A stretch of DNA of 64,000 nt from Galbitalea sp. (GCA_036271875.1 DATAZU010000025.1:113486-177485); one strand, 5' to 3'; counted from the stretch's first letter, positions 10,144 through 19,148 are shown. Translations and numbers: made by a program. Notes: a model not told the origin generated them from the letters alone.

Positions 10144-10249
10144 TGCTCGCACCTCCTCATTGAGGTTTCGTGGGATCGGGACCGACCACGATATTTGGGT
10201 AGCCTATGGCTGCGCATCAGCGGCTCCTACAGCAAGAGCCGAACCTTCG

Positions 10250-10266
10250 CATCGACTTTTTCGATG
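10250..10266. promoter_or_regulatory. LysR-type operator, copy upstream of the cyclase-liv genes
   Basis: CATCG-ACTTTTT-CGATG: T-N11-A geometry in an intergenic gap, same arms as 15764-15780. Confidence 0.65.
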
Positions 10267-10280
10267 CTTCATCCGGCCGA

Positions 10281-11756
10281 TCATGGCGTCGTCTTTGTTG
10301 CGCCCGCGCCCGGAATCGTTCGAGATTCGGTGTGCAGTTGGTCGAGAAGCTCGTCGACCGAACTCGCCTGTTCCAGCGATAAGACCGATGCCAGAACTCT
10401 GTTCGCGTGCTCATCGCCCCAGGCCACTGCGGCGAGATTGGAGAATTTCCGGCTGATGTCGTCGTCGCCCAGCTCCGCGAACCGCACGCCGCCTGCGCCG
10501 CCCTCACTGCGCCCCCGGCTTCCGTAGTCAGTGCGGTGACGATGCGTTTGCCCGTCGCGCGTGCGCACGGTCATGACGGTGTCCATTGTGTAGCTGTTCT
10601 CCCGGTCGAGCTCAGAATCGACCTCGAGGATCACAAGTCGCTGCAGTCGCTGCACTTCGGGATCATCGACGGCCGTCGCGAACATCGCCGCGTCCGACCG
10701 CTCGGCATTGAGAGGAGCCGGCGCCAACGCCAACCCAACGGCCGCCGCGTATGGCAACGAGAAATTCGCGTCGGCCAGTCCCGTGGCAGGTTTGAGCATC
10801 TGATCGTGCTCGCGGATGAAGGTCGTCGTGCCAACCGTCGCCGACACGATGTCTTCCGAACGAGCTATTCCCTCGGCGCGCAGCGCCACGCCGTTGTCGA
10901 GTATGGTCTGCCCGCTGGCATGGAACGGGTAGTACTTGATTCCCAGGCGAGCCCAGGCACGCCATTCCGAACCAAATCCCGCGGTGACCGCCTCGAGGTC
11001 GCCCTGGTCTGTTGGCGCGTCACCCTCGCCCGAATACGTCATGGCGCGTCGATATCCCCATCGCGGGTCCTCGAGAACGTCGAGGCCGCACTCGATCCCG
11101 CGCGCGGCGAGTAGCGCGCTGGTGATTCCCGTCTGTGCGGTTCTGGCCTGGTGGAAACGTTTCGCGTTGCCGCGAGCGTGGATCAGGCCACCGCCGGCCA
11201 TGTCCGCAGCAAATGCGACCGCGCGCGCGAGGTGGACCTCATCCAGCTCAAGCAGAAGACCGGCGGCGAGCGCGCCACCGATCGCACCGTGGAAGGCCGG
11301 CGTGTGCCATCCGATGTAACGCTCGGGGAGGAACCCAACCCACTCGGCCACTCGCACGGTCATCTCGTAAGCAACGGCCGTCGCCCGCAGGAATGCCTCG
11401 CCGGAAACGGCCGCACCGTCCTCGAGTCGCATCTGCGCGGCAACAAGAGCCGCAGGCACGATGCTTGCAGCGGGGTGGACAAACGCACCGGCGGTGTCCA
11501 GCTCGAACGCACCGATGTACACGCCGGACTGAAATGCGGCATCCCCGGGACTCATTCGCACCGTTTTCCCGATGACCCCGAAGCCGGTCGGTCGCGCCAG
11601 ATCACTGACCAGTGCTGAGGCGTACGGCAACGCGCTTCCGAACGCGGCACACCCGATTGCGTCGACGAGATGTCGCTTAATCCCCGCCAACGGCAGGGAT
11701 GCGGCGACCGGAGGCACCGAGAGAGCGCCCCGGGCAATGTCCTGTGCCAGCGTCAT
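10281..11756 (-). CDS. Divergent MmgE/PrpD family protein (paralogue A)
   Basis: DAIGCA, VHPAASIVPAAL, GWH, KRFHQAR, KYYPFH; ATG 11756 overlaps the upstream stop (ATGA). Confidence 0.88.
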   Translation of the reverse strand: MTLAQDIARGALSVPPVAASLPLAGIKRHLVDAIGCAAFGSALPYASALVSDLARPTGFGVIGKTVRMSPGDAAFQSGVYIGAFELDTAGAFVHPAASIVPAALVAAQMRLEDGAAVSGEAFLRATAVAYEMTVRVAEWVGFLPERYIGWHTPAFHGAIGGALAAGLLLELDEVHLARAVAFAADMAGGGLIHARGNAKRFHQARTAQTGITSALLAARGIECGLDVLEDPRWGYRRAMTYSGEGDAPTDQGDLEAVTAGFGSEWRAWARLGIKYYPFHASGQTILDNGVALRAEGIARSEDIVSATVGTTTFIREHDQMLKPATGLADANFSLPYAAAVGLALAPAPLNAERSDAAMFATAVDDPEVQRLQRLVILEVDSELDRENSYTMDTVMTVRTRDGQTHRHRTDYGSRGRSEGGAGGVRFAELGDDDISRKFSNLAAVAWGDEHANRVLASVLSLEQASSVDELLDQLHTESRTIPGAGATKTTP

Positions 11757-13213
11757 CGCGGGTCTCCCGTGGAGATCGATTTCACGTCCACGTACGCGAT
11801 CCGCCACACATCTGTGACGTCCTCGAGCGCGTCGAGATTGAGAATTGCTTCACGGAGTTCGCGCGCGCGAGTCTCGCCGAGCGCAGGCACGGTGAGGTTA
11901 TCGAACTTGGTCAGAATCGCCTCGTCGCCCTGCGCGCCAAACTCAATAGCGCCCTTGCCCCTCGCTCGCGAAGCTTCGCCGAAACTCGTTCGCGTTGAGA
12001 TCGTGTTGCCGTCCACGAGATCAACCCGCAGGGTTGTGTCCATCGTGTATGGGTTCTCAGCATCAAGGACGTCGGACGACTCGCATCGCACGCGCTGTTG
12101 CAGCGATGCGACATCCGGGTTGGAGTAGCCGTCCAGGAAGAGCCGGGCGGATGCGCCGTCTTCAGATAGTCGCCGCGGCTCGAATACAAAGCCGAGCGCG
12201 GCCGCGTAGGGAAAAGAAAAATTCGTGTCGGCGAGAGATGCAGCGGGCTTCAGCATTGCTCCGTGCTCGAACATGAACGTGGAGAGCCCGACCGTGATGG
12301 ATGCAACGTCCGAGACGGTAAGCTCCGGTCGCTGCCGATGCAACTCCGCCATGTTGTCGAGGATTGACTGCGCAGCCGAATGGAACGGATAGTACTTGAC
12401 GGACACCTTTGACAGCGCATCGAACCTGCTGCCAAGTCCGTCGAGCGGGTTCCCGGGAACATCGGTGAGAGATTCCGTGCCGTACAGCAGCGTGCGCCGA
12501 TACCCCCACCGCGGGTCCTCGAGTACGTCGAGGCCACCTTCCAGCCCGTCTCGAGCGAGGATGGCCGAGAGGATTCCGCTGGCAGGCGTGCGCCCCATGT
12601 GTGCGCGCTTGCTGTTGTTCCTCGAGTGAATGAGGCCACCGCCGGCCATGTCTGCGGCGATCGCCATCGCGTGCGCGGACGTTGTCGCATCCAGGCCCAT
12701 GAGCGCGGCCGTCACAGCCGACGCTCCAACAGCGCCGTGAAAAGCGGGAGTGTGCCATCCGACATACCGCTCGGTAGCAAACCCGACCCACTCCGCCAGC
12801 CGCATCTGGATCTCCGCGGCTCCGACGAACGCTCGCAGGAAGTCGCGACCACTGATCCGACTATCGTCCCTGGCAGCGAGGTACTGGGTTGCCGAGATCG
12901 CGGCGGGAACGATGCTTCCCGTCGAGCCACCCCACGCGCCAGTGCCCGCGAGTTCGTAGGCATAGACCATGAATCCGTGTAGGAAGGCCGAGTCGCCGAC
13001 GGAGGATGTGCCTCCCGCGTGACCCATCACGCCATACGGCCCCGATGATGTCACGAACTCTCGAGACATCTGGCGGACGTACGGCAGCGACGCGGAAAAC
13101 ACGATGCATCCGACGGTGTCAAGCAGGCGAAGCTTCGCGGCGGGCGCGACGGGGGCAACTTCCTTGAATTCGAGTTCTTCAAGGAAGTTCCCCATCGATT
13201 GCAGCAGAGTCAT
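11753..13213 (-). CDS. Divergent MmgE/PrpD family protein (paralogue B, lacks the HP histidine)
   Basis: LLDTVGC, GWH, KRAHMGR, KYYPFH, KFDNL; shares long blocks with paralogue A. Confidence 0.88.
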   Translation of the reverse strand: MTLLQSMGNFLEELEFKEVAPVAPAAKLRLLDTVGCIVFSASLPYVRQMSREFVTSSGPYGVMGHAGGTSSVGDSAFLHGFMVYAYELAGTGAWGGSTGSIVPAAISATQYLAARDDSRISGRDFLRAFVGAAEIQMRLAEWVGFATERYVGWHTPAFHGAVGASAVTAALMGLDATTSAHAMAIAADMAGGGLIHSRNNSKRAHMGRTPASGILSAILARDGLEGGLDVLEDPRWGYRRTLLYGTESLTDVPGNPLDGLGSRFDALSKVSVKYYPFHSAAQSILDNMAELHRQRPELTVSDVASITVGLSTFMFEHGAMLKPAASLADTNFSFPYAAALGFVFEPRRLSEDGASARLFLDGYSNPDVASLQQRVRCESSDVLDAENPYTMDTTLRVDLVDGNTISTRTSFGEASRARGKGAIEFGAQGDEAILTKFDNLTVPALGETRARELREAILNLDALEDVTDVWRIAYVDVKSISTGDPR

Positions 13214-13240
13214 CGTTGACCCTCTCCTATCGGGCGCGAC

Positions 13241-14122
13241 TCAGATTCCGGAGTAGTTCCCCGCAGATCCCAGGTCGAAGATGGGATGCGTCCCCATCCG
13301 CAGCGCCTCAAGGTTGCCGAGCTCTTCGATGCGCGCGTTGCCGATGTTGACCTCGGGACCGAATAGCCGGATGAGCCAGAACTGCAGCCACTGGCGGTTC
13401 GCACGCGGACGCAGACCGGATGCCTCAAAGATAATGTTCTCCAGTCCGATCTCCTCGACCACCTCACGGACCTGTCGCACGCCCGTGAACGCGTGCGCCT
13501 TGATCGACTCGGGGTCGTCACCGAGCACCTTGCGCAGGAGGTGACCCTCCCAGTACACGCGCCAGGCACCCGCTTCGATCAGGGAGTGGAATTCGCGAAT
13601 GGTCGTCTCGGTGTCGATGTTGTCGTCGGTGAGGCGAGTTTCGTCGCCGTCGAAGAACTTCTTGCCGACCTCGCCGAAAACCTTGAAGCCGTGTTCGACC
13701 GCAGCCGCGACCAGGTCCTCGCGCCGCTTCAATCCGTCGTGGGTGGATGTGGTGTTCGAGATCTCGAGGGCGTTGAACCCCATGTCGCGCAGTGTCGGAA
13801 GGATAGACAGAGTATCTGTGTGACGTTCCGCCATCTCAATCCAGATCCCTCCGGGCTGCACGATGACGTCGTGCGCGCGGTACACCTCAATCCGCTTCTC
13901 GACCTGCGAGGTGGTTACTCGAAGGAACGGGTCCCAGAGCTTGACGATGTCGAGCTGGTCGCCGAAGTCGTCCAGGACGTCCGAGACAAAACTGATCGGC
14001 CAGCCCTGATCCATGACCATCGTCTGCCCCAGTTTGCGGGGCTTGGTGGTTCGCGGTGCAGTCGGCAACCCGAGCGTTACGTTCAGGATGGTGTCAGCAG
14101 CCGTCGTTGTCGGTGCATTCAT
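13241..14122 (-). CDS. Phosphosulfolactate synthase (ComA)-like protein, divergent
   Basis: PRxxKPRxxGxTMVMDxG, DIVK, PGG, EIS, EVGKK, IIFEA, FGPEVNIGN, LEALR: the ComA motif order. Confidence 0.85.
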   Translation of the reverse strand: MNAPTTTAADTILNVTLGLPTAPRTTKPRKLGQTMVMDQGWPISFVSDVLDDFGDQLDIVKLWDPFLRVTTSQVEKRIEVYRAHDVIVQPGGIWIEMAERHTDTLSILPTLRDMGFNALEISNTTSTHDGLKRREDLVAAAVEHGFKVFGEVGKKFFDGDETRLTDDNIDTETTIREFHSLIEAGAWRVYWEGHLLRKVLGDDPESIKAHAFTGVRQVREVVEEIGLENIIFEASGLRPRANRQWLQFWLIRLFGPEVNIGNARIEELGNLEALRMGTHPIFDLGSAGNYSGI

Positions 14123-14160
14123 GTTTGGTTCCCTTCAATTGTGTGAATCGTGATGTTCGC

Positions 14161-15642
14161 TCAGGCGCGATGAGTCGACGCCCGGTCGGCGGCGTGCGTG
14201 CCCGCTGTCTTGCCGAAAACTGCGCCGGTCGTGATACCGGTTGCGGTCGGATAGTTGTGATAGAAAAGCCCGCCGAGAATTTCACCGGCGGCAAAGAGAC
14301 CGTTGATCTGATCTCCGTATTCGTCGATGACGTTGGCGCCGGCATCCACCTTCAGACCGCCGTAGGTGAAGGTGATTCCACAGGTGACGGGGTACGCGTG
14401 GAAGGGGCCCTTCACCACCGGCGTCGCCCAGTTCGACTTCGGAAGCGGCAGCCCGCGAGTGGACTTGCCATCTTTCTTTCCGGCGTCAAATTCGAGCGAG
14501 CTGTCGGTTGCCGCGTTGTACTCCTCGATCGTGTCGACCATGCGATCCCCCAGTCCGAGCTTTGTCGCGAGCTCGGGGAGAGTCGGTGCCTCGATGTGAG
14601 TGGTGCCCCGTGAGGCGTATTCGTTCCTGAGCCGGCCGAAGCCATCCGCATCGAAGATCTGATAGGCGATAGCGCCCGGCTGGGCCAGGATTTCGCGGCC
14701 GAACTTTGCGTAGGTGTGCGTCTCCAGATCCTGCCCTTCGTCGACGAACCGAACGCCCTCGGCGTTGACCATGACCCCAAAGATGTAGGAGTGGCGAGTG
14801 AACGCGTGCAGGAGCTTGCGGTCGCCCGTCATGGGAGCCTCCGCGTCCCACGGGGTCGCATGGCATCCGCTCCAGTGACCGGCCATCGCGGCGCCAACGC
14901 TCTCGGCGAGTCGATGCCCGTCACCGGTGTTGAACTCGGATCCGCGCACCTTGGCGAGATCCCAACCGGGGCCGAGATACTGGGCGCGCATCCGACGATT
15001 GGCCTCAAAACCACCGCTGGCAAGTACCACCGCACCGGCGGAAACAGTGTGCTCGATGCCGGCCTGCCGGTACGTAACATCCCAGCGCTCCCCGGATCGC
15101 GTCAGGGCGGTTGCACGAGCGTCGTATTCCATTTGGATTCCCGCAGCCTCTGCGGTCTTGGCCAGATGTTCGACCAGCCCGAGACCGCCGCCGGAGACCT
15201 CGACGGGAGCGTTGCCGCGGAAGACGATCTTGTCGCCGTCCTGGAACGCGTGCAGGCCGAGGCTCGGAGCGAACGGAACGCCGAGAGAACGAAGCCACTG
15301 CATCGTCTCAAGGCTCGATGAGGTGAGGGTATCGAGCAGGTCGGGATCCGCCCGATACCCTCCGAGCGAAGCGACATCCTCGAAGAAGTCGTCGGAGGTG
15401 TACGTGCCAACGTCGTAACGATTGGCTTCTTCGTCCGTCATATCGACGACGGTGCGTACTCCATCGATGTCGCCGTATGCGAACCGCACAAGGCCGCCGG
15501 TGAAGATGCCGTTACCGCCACGTTTGTCGCGAGGCGACTTCTCGAGCGTCATGACCGTTGCCCCGGCCTGGTGCGCTGCGAGCGCCGAACAGAGTGCGGC
15601 ATTTCCGCATCCAACGACCAGAACATCGACTTCGTGGGGCAT
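14161..15642 (-). CDS. tcuA: FAD-dependent tricarballylate dehydrogenase (TcuA)-like flavoprotein
   Basis: DVLVVGCGNAALCSAL, RGGN..FTGG, GGFEAN...YLGPGWDLAKVRG, GHWSGCHA, RFVDEG, TYAKFGR, GITFTYGG, GGLFYHNYP; start ATG 15642. Confidence 0.85.
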   Translation of the reverse strand: MPHEVDVLVVGCGNAALCSALAAHQAGATVMTLEKSPRDKRGGNGIFTGGLVRFAYGDIDGVRTVVDMTDEEANRYDVGTYTSDDFFEDVASLGGYRADPDLLDTLTSSSLETMQWLRSLGVPFAPSLGLHAFQDGDKIVFRGNAPVEVSGGGLGLVEHLAKTAEAAGIQMEYDARATALTRSGERWDVTYRQAGIEHTVSAGAVVLASGGFEANRRMRAQYLGPGWDLAKVRGSEFNTGDGHRLAESVGAAMAGHWSGCHATPWDAEAPMTGDRKLLHAFTRHSYIFGVMVNAEGVRFVDEGQDLETHTYAKFGREILAQPGAIAYQIFDADGFGRLRNEYASRGTTHIEAPTLPELATKLGLGDRMVDTIEEYNAATDSSLEFDAGKKDGKSTRGLPLPKSNWATPVVKGPFHAYPVTCGITFTYGGLKVDAGANVIDEYGDQINGLFAAGEILGGLFYHNYPTATGITTGAVFGKTAGTHAADRASTHRA

Positions 15643-15763
15643 CTGTGAGTCCTCTCTGACTCCGTGTGAACGAGTGCGAACAAGGCCGGGCTCGTGGGTG
15701 GTGATGAGCTTGAATTTATCACCGGGACTTCTGTGGAGAGGCCTGTGGTAGACCAATACAGAC

Positions 15764-15780
15764 CATCGATTTATCCGATG
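15764..15780. promoter_or_regulatory. LysR-type operator in the divergent tcuA / mmgE promoter region
   Basis: CATCG-ATTTATC-CGATG palindrome, T-N11-A. Confidence 0.7.
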
Positions 15781-15884
15781 CGAAATCGCAGAAGCGCCGG
15801 AATACCGGGAATTATTCGCCAGTTGAGGCCGCCATCATCGGTCGCGTCGTTCGTTCGATCTTCACAGTTTCGTGGCCATGCTTC

Positions 15885-17282
15885 ATGATTTGTCCCATGC
15901 CATCAGCAACCGAACGAACACGACTCATCGAAGATTTCATCCTCGACATAACCGTCGCCGATATCCCGTCGCAGGTGCGTGAACGTGCAACGGATTCGCT
16001 CACCGATCTCGTCGGTGTGTATCTCGCTGGTCTCGCCGAACCCGTCTCACAGCACGTTTTCGAGTACCTCAAGGAGTCGGGCCAGATCCGTTCCGATCGG
16101 GGATGCGCGCTGATCGGTCTCGGACAGCGCGCAAGCCTCAGCGGTGCCGCCCTGTTTCACGGAACTACCGCTCACGCACTCGACTACGACGACACCGCGC
16201 ATCCCGCATACACGCACCCGAGCAGCCACATCTTCCCGACTCTGTTCAGCCTGGCAACGTTGACCGAAGCCTCGGGAGAGGATCTGCTTACCGCGTACAT
16301 CGTGGGAATGGAGGTCGAGGGCAAGCTCGGAGCGTGCATTCGTCCCGGCGATCGAAACCTGGCGATGCACCCGACTGCCATCATGGGCCCGATCGGAGCC
16401 ACCGCCGCCGGGGCAAGGCTATTGGGCCTCAGCCGACACCAGCTGTCCATGGCTCTGGGGATCGCCGGCTCGTCCGCGGGAGGGCTCCGCGCCAACTTCG
16501 GGACGATGACCAAACCGTTGCACTCCGGTCGCGCGGCCGAGGGTGCCGTCGCGGCTGTGCTGCTCGCCCGCGACGGCCTCACGGCCGCCGAGAACATCCT
16601 CGAGACTCGGTTCGGCTACTTCGACGCCTTCCGGCGCACCTCCCAGAACGACCTCGAGCGGGACCTCGAGCAGATCGGCCAGTTGGGCGTTACGTGGGAG
16701 CTGCTGCTCGACTACGGCATTGCACTCAAGCCATTTCCGTCCTGTGGCGCCAGTCATCCGGCAATTACTGCCGCGCTCAGAGTGCGCGAGCGGGCCGCGG
16801 GCGGGACGATTGCGAGCATGCACGTCGGAACGAATGAGCTCGCGTCGACCGCACTGATCCACTCCAACCCCACAACGCCGCTGCAGGCGAAATTCTCCAT
16901 GCAGTACTGCGTCGCCAGCGCGATGGTCGATGGCCAGGTGCGTCTCGGCACGTTCGACGAGGGAATGATCAGCCGCCCCGAGGTGCGCGACCTGATGTCA
17001 CGCATGGTGGTGGAGATAGCGCCAGATCTGGCTGACGATGCCGAGCACGCGGCGCGGGTCACGGCGACGATGTCCGACGGCTCCGTGATTGAAGAATTTG
17101 TTCCCTTCGCCGAGGGCAAACCGGTCAGCTGGTTCTCCAAGCAGACGCTCGAGTCAAAGTTCGATGACTGCGCGAGTCGGGTACTCGCACCCGAGCAGGC
17201 ATCAACGCTGTTCTCCTGGTTGCAGGACGTCTCACACCGTGCCGACCTCGGCGAACTGGCGAGCCTCGCAAACCTGGGCTAA
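15885..17282 (+). CDS. MmgE/PrpD family protein, canonical motifs (IDS epimerase / cis-aconitate decarboxylase-like)
   Basis: HALDYDDTAHPAYTHPS, ANFGTMTKPLHSG, KPFPSCGASH, AKFSMQY; the start may be ATG 15897. Confidence 0.92.
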   Translation: MICPMPSATERTRLIEDFILDITVADIPSQVRERATDSLTDLVGVYLAGLAEPVSQHVFEYLKESGQIRSDRGCALIGLGQRASLSGAALFHGTTAHALDYDDTAHPAYTHPSSHIFPTLFSLATLTEASGEDLLTAYIVGMEVEGKLGACIRPGDRNLAMHPTAIMGPIGATAAGARLLGLSRHQLSMALGIAGSSAGGLRANFGTMTKPLHSGRAAEGAVAAVLLARDGLTAAENILETRFGYFDAFRRTSQNDLERDLEQIGQLGVTWELLLDYGIALKPFPSCGASHPAITAALRVRERAAGGTIASMHVGTNELASTALIHSNPTTPLQAKFSMQYCVASAMVDGQVRLGTFDEGMISRPEVRDLMSRMVVEIAPDLADDAEHAARVTATMSDGSVIEEFVPFAEGKPVSWFSKQTLESKFDDCASRVLAPEQASTLFSWLQDVSHRADLGELASLANLG

Positions 17283-17325
17283 TACCCGCCCGTAGACTGG
17301 CCCGGCAACGGATCTAGGAGCCAAC

Positions 17326-18195
17326 ATGGATGTCGGCCAGCTCGAGGCCTTTCTGCGCGTAGCCGCGGAAGGCAGTGTCACCAGAGCCGCGATCATGATG
17401 AACAAGAGCCAATCGACGATCAGCGTTCGGATCGCCAACCTTGAGCGATACCTCGGAACACGCGTGTTCGAACAGCGCGGCCGTCGTCTGGAATTGACGG
17501 CCGCCGGCCACGCCCTGCTCCCCATCGCGGAGCAGATGCTGGAGTTTCGGCAAATGGGAACCGAGCTTGCCCGTGCGGCGAGCGCCGACGCCTGGTCGCG
17601 AGTCTCGGTTGGCGCGAACAACGTGACGGCGAGCTATCTGGCCAGCACGATAGCGCGAGCTCATTTCGCGATAGCGCCCCGCGTACGCCTCGAGATCCAC
17701 GTGCACTCATCGCAGACGCTCACCTCGCTGCTGCTGGAGGGACGCATCGACGTTGCCTTCCTCAATCCACTGCTTACGACACAGGTCCTGCGACAACTCG
17801 CCTCGTACCACGATCGCAGTGCGCTGGTGCGGAGTTCATCGTTCCGGATGAATTCCCAGCTCGCCGAGAATCCCTTCCTTTCGTACTCGCTCGGACCGGT
17901 GAAAGAAGCGATGCGACTTCTCGAACTCGCGATCGGGCATCGAATCACGGTGGCGGTTGAGAGCAATTCCTCGAGCCTGATCCATTCGCTGGCGATGGAA
18001 GGAATGGGGCTCGCGATTCTGCCCGCATCGCTGATCGGGTCGTCGCTGGCGACCGGAGAACTCAAGGAGGTGCAGGTGCCGGGCTTCAATGCGCCCGACT
18101 GGCCGGTCGCATTCGTTGCTTCTCCTGCACGCCATTTCCGTGCGGAGACACGCGCGTTTATCGACCTCGTGACGGAAACCGTCAAGGCGCTTTAG
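17326..18195 (+). CDS. LysR family transcriptional regulator
   Basis: GSVTRAA...SQSTISVRIANLE, LTAAG, GMGLAILP. Confidence 0.93.
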   Translation: MDVGQLEAFLRVAAEGSVTRAAIMMNKSQSTISVRIANLERYLGTRVFEQRGRRLELTAAGHALLPIAEQMLEFRQMGTELARAASADAWSRVSVGANNVTASYLASTIARAHFAIAPRVRLEIHVHSSQTLTSLLLEGRIDVAFLNPLLTTQVLRQLASYHDRSALVRSSSFRMNSQLAENPFLSYSLGPVKEAMRLLELAIGHRITVAVESNSSSLIHSLAMEGMGLAILPASLIGSSLATGELKEVQVPGFNAPDWPVAFVASPARHFRAETRAFIDLVTETVKAL

Positions 18196-18215
18196 CCGCC
18201 CAGACTCCGGGCAGG

Positions 18216-19148
18216 CTATCGGCCCACTTTTCCGGTCAGCTCCGCAACCGGCCGGAGCAGGATCGGGCGAGCGAGGAGCCACAGTCCGGCAATGACCAAC
18301 ACCGAAATCGCAAAGATCCATACTCCATCGAGGCTCTCGTCGTTGCGCGCGGCGTACATGTGATTGAGATTTCGCTGTACCCCCGTGGTCGCCACGAGAG
18401 TGACGTGCACGATGACGAACGCGACGAAATAGATCATGACGGGGAAGTGAATGGCGCGCGCGACTTCGACGGGATATGCGCGCGACATCCGTTTCGAGTC
18501 CCGCGGCCAGAACGACGACATCCGAACGCCGGACAGAATCGCGAGCGGGGCCGCAATGAAGACCGTAACGAAATAGGCCAGTAGTTGCAGGCTGTTGTAG
18601 TTCGACCAGCCATTCTCGGCTGGCCAGTTGAATGAGGCGTATTGCAGAAGTGCGGAGACCGCATTGGGAAAGACATTCCAGTGCACCGGCACAATTCGAG
18701 CCCACTGACCCGTGCTGAACAGCAGCACGTAGAAGACGACCCCATTCAGCATCCAGAGGACGTCGAGCGATAAGTGAAGCCAAAGGGTGAGGCTGATCTT
18801 CCGAGGCGGGTTCTTGGTGCGAATCGCGCCAGTGTTCTTGCGAGTCCAAAACATGGTCGGTCGCCGAGTGGTTCGCACCTGCCAGCCGGTGCGAATGATC
18901 AGGATGATGAAGAGCGAGTTCAGGAAGTGCTGCCACTCGAGCCACACGGGAATTCCGACCGCTGTTCCGGCGGGTAACGGCGAAAAGCCGGAGTAGGTCC
19001 CGATGAAGTCCCTGCCGGCCGGCGTGCTACGAATCCAGATCGCGACGAGGACGATCACTGCAAGAACAACGACAACGAGTGGCACGACCCAAAGGGCACG
19101 GCGCACCAACAGCCGGTCGGTCCAGCGGGCGGGGGTTGACGCGGGCAT
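18216..19148 (-). CDS. Cytochrome b/b6-domain membrane protein (putative di-haem)
   Basis: Four TM histidines (WQHFLN, WLHLS, AIHFP, IVHVT), YNSLQLLAYF; TGATG coupling to etfA. Confidence 0.85.
   Translation of the reverse strand: MPASTPARWTDRLLVRRALWVVPLVVVVLAVIVLVAIWIRSTPAGRDFIGTYSGFSPLPAGTAVGIPVWLEWQHFLNSLFIILIIRTGWQVRTTRRPTMFWTRKNTGAIRTKNPPRKISLTLWLHLSLDVLWMLNGVVFYVLLFSTGQWARIVPVHWNVFPNAVSALLQYASFNWPAENGWSNYNSLQLLAYFVTVFIAAPLAILSGVRMSSFWPRDSKRMSRAYPVEVARAIHFPVMIYFVAFVIVHVTLVATTGVQRNLNHMYAARNDESLDGVWIFAISVLVIAGLWLLARPILLRPVAELTGKVGR

Noticed and set aside
10281-17282. Methylcitrate cycle (prpD)
   Set aside because: No prpB or prpC nearby, and the motifs do not look like PrpD proper.
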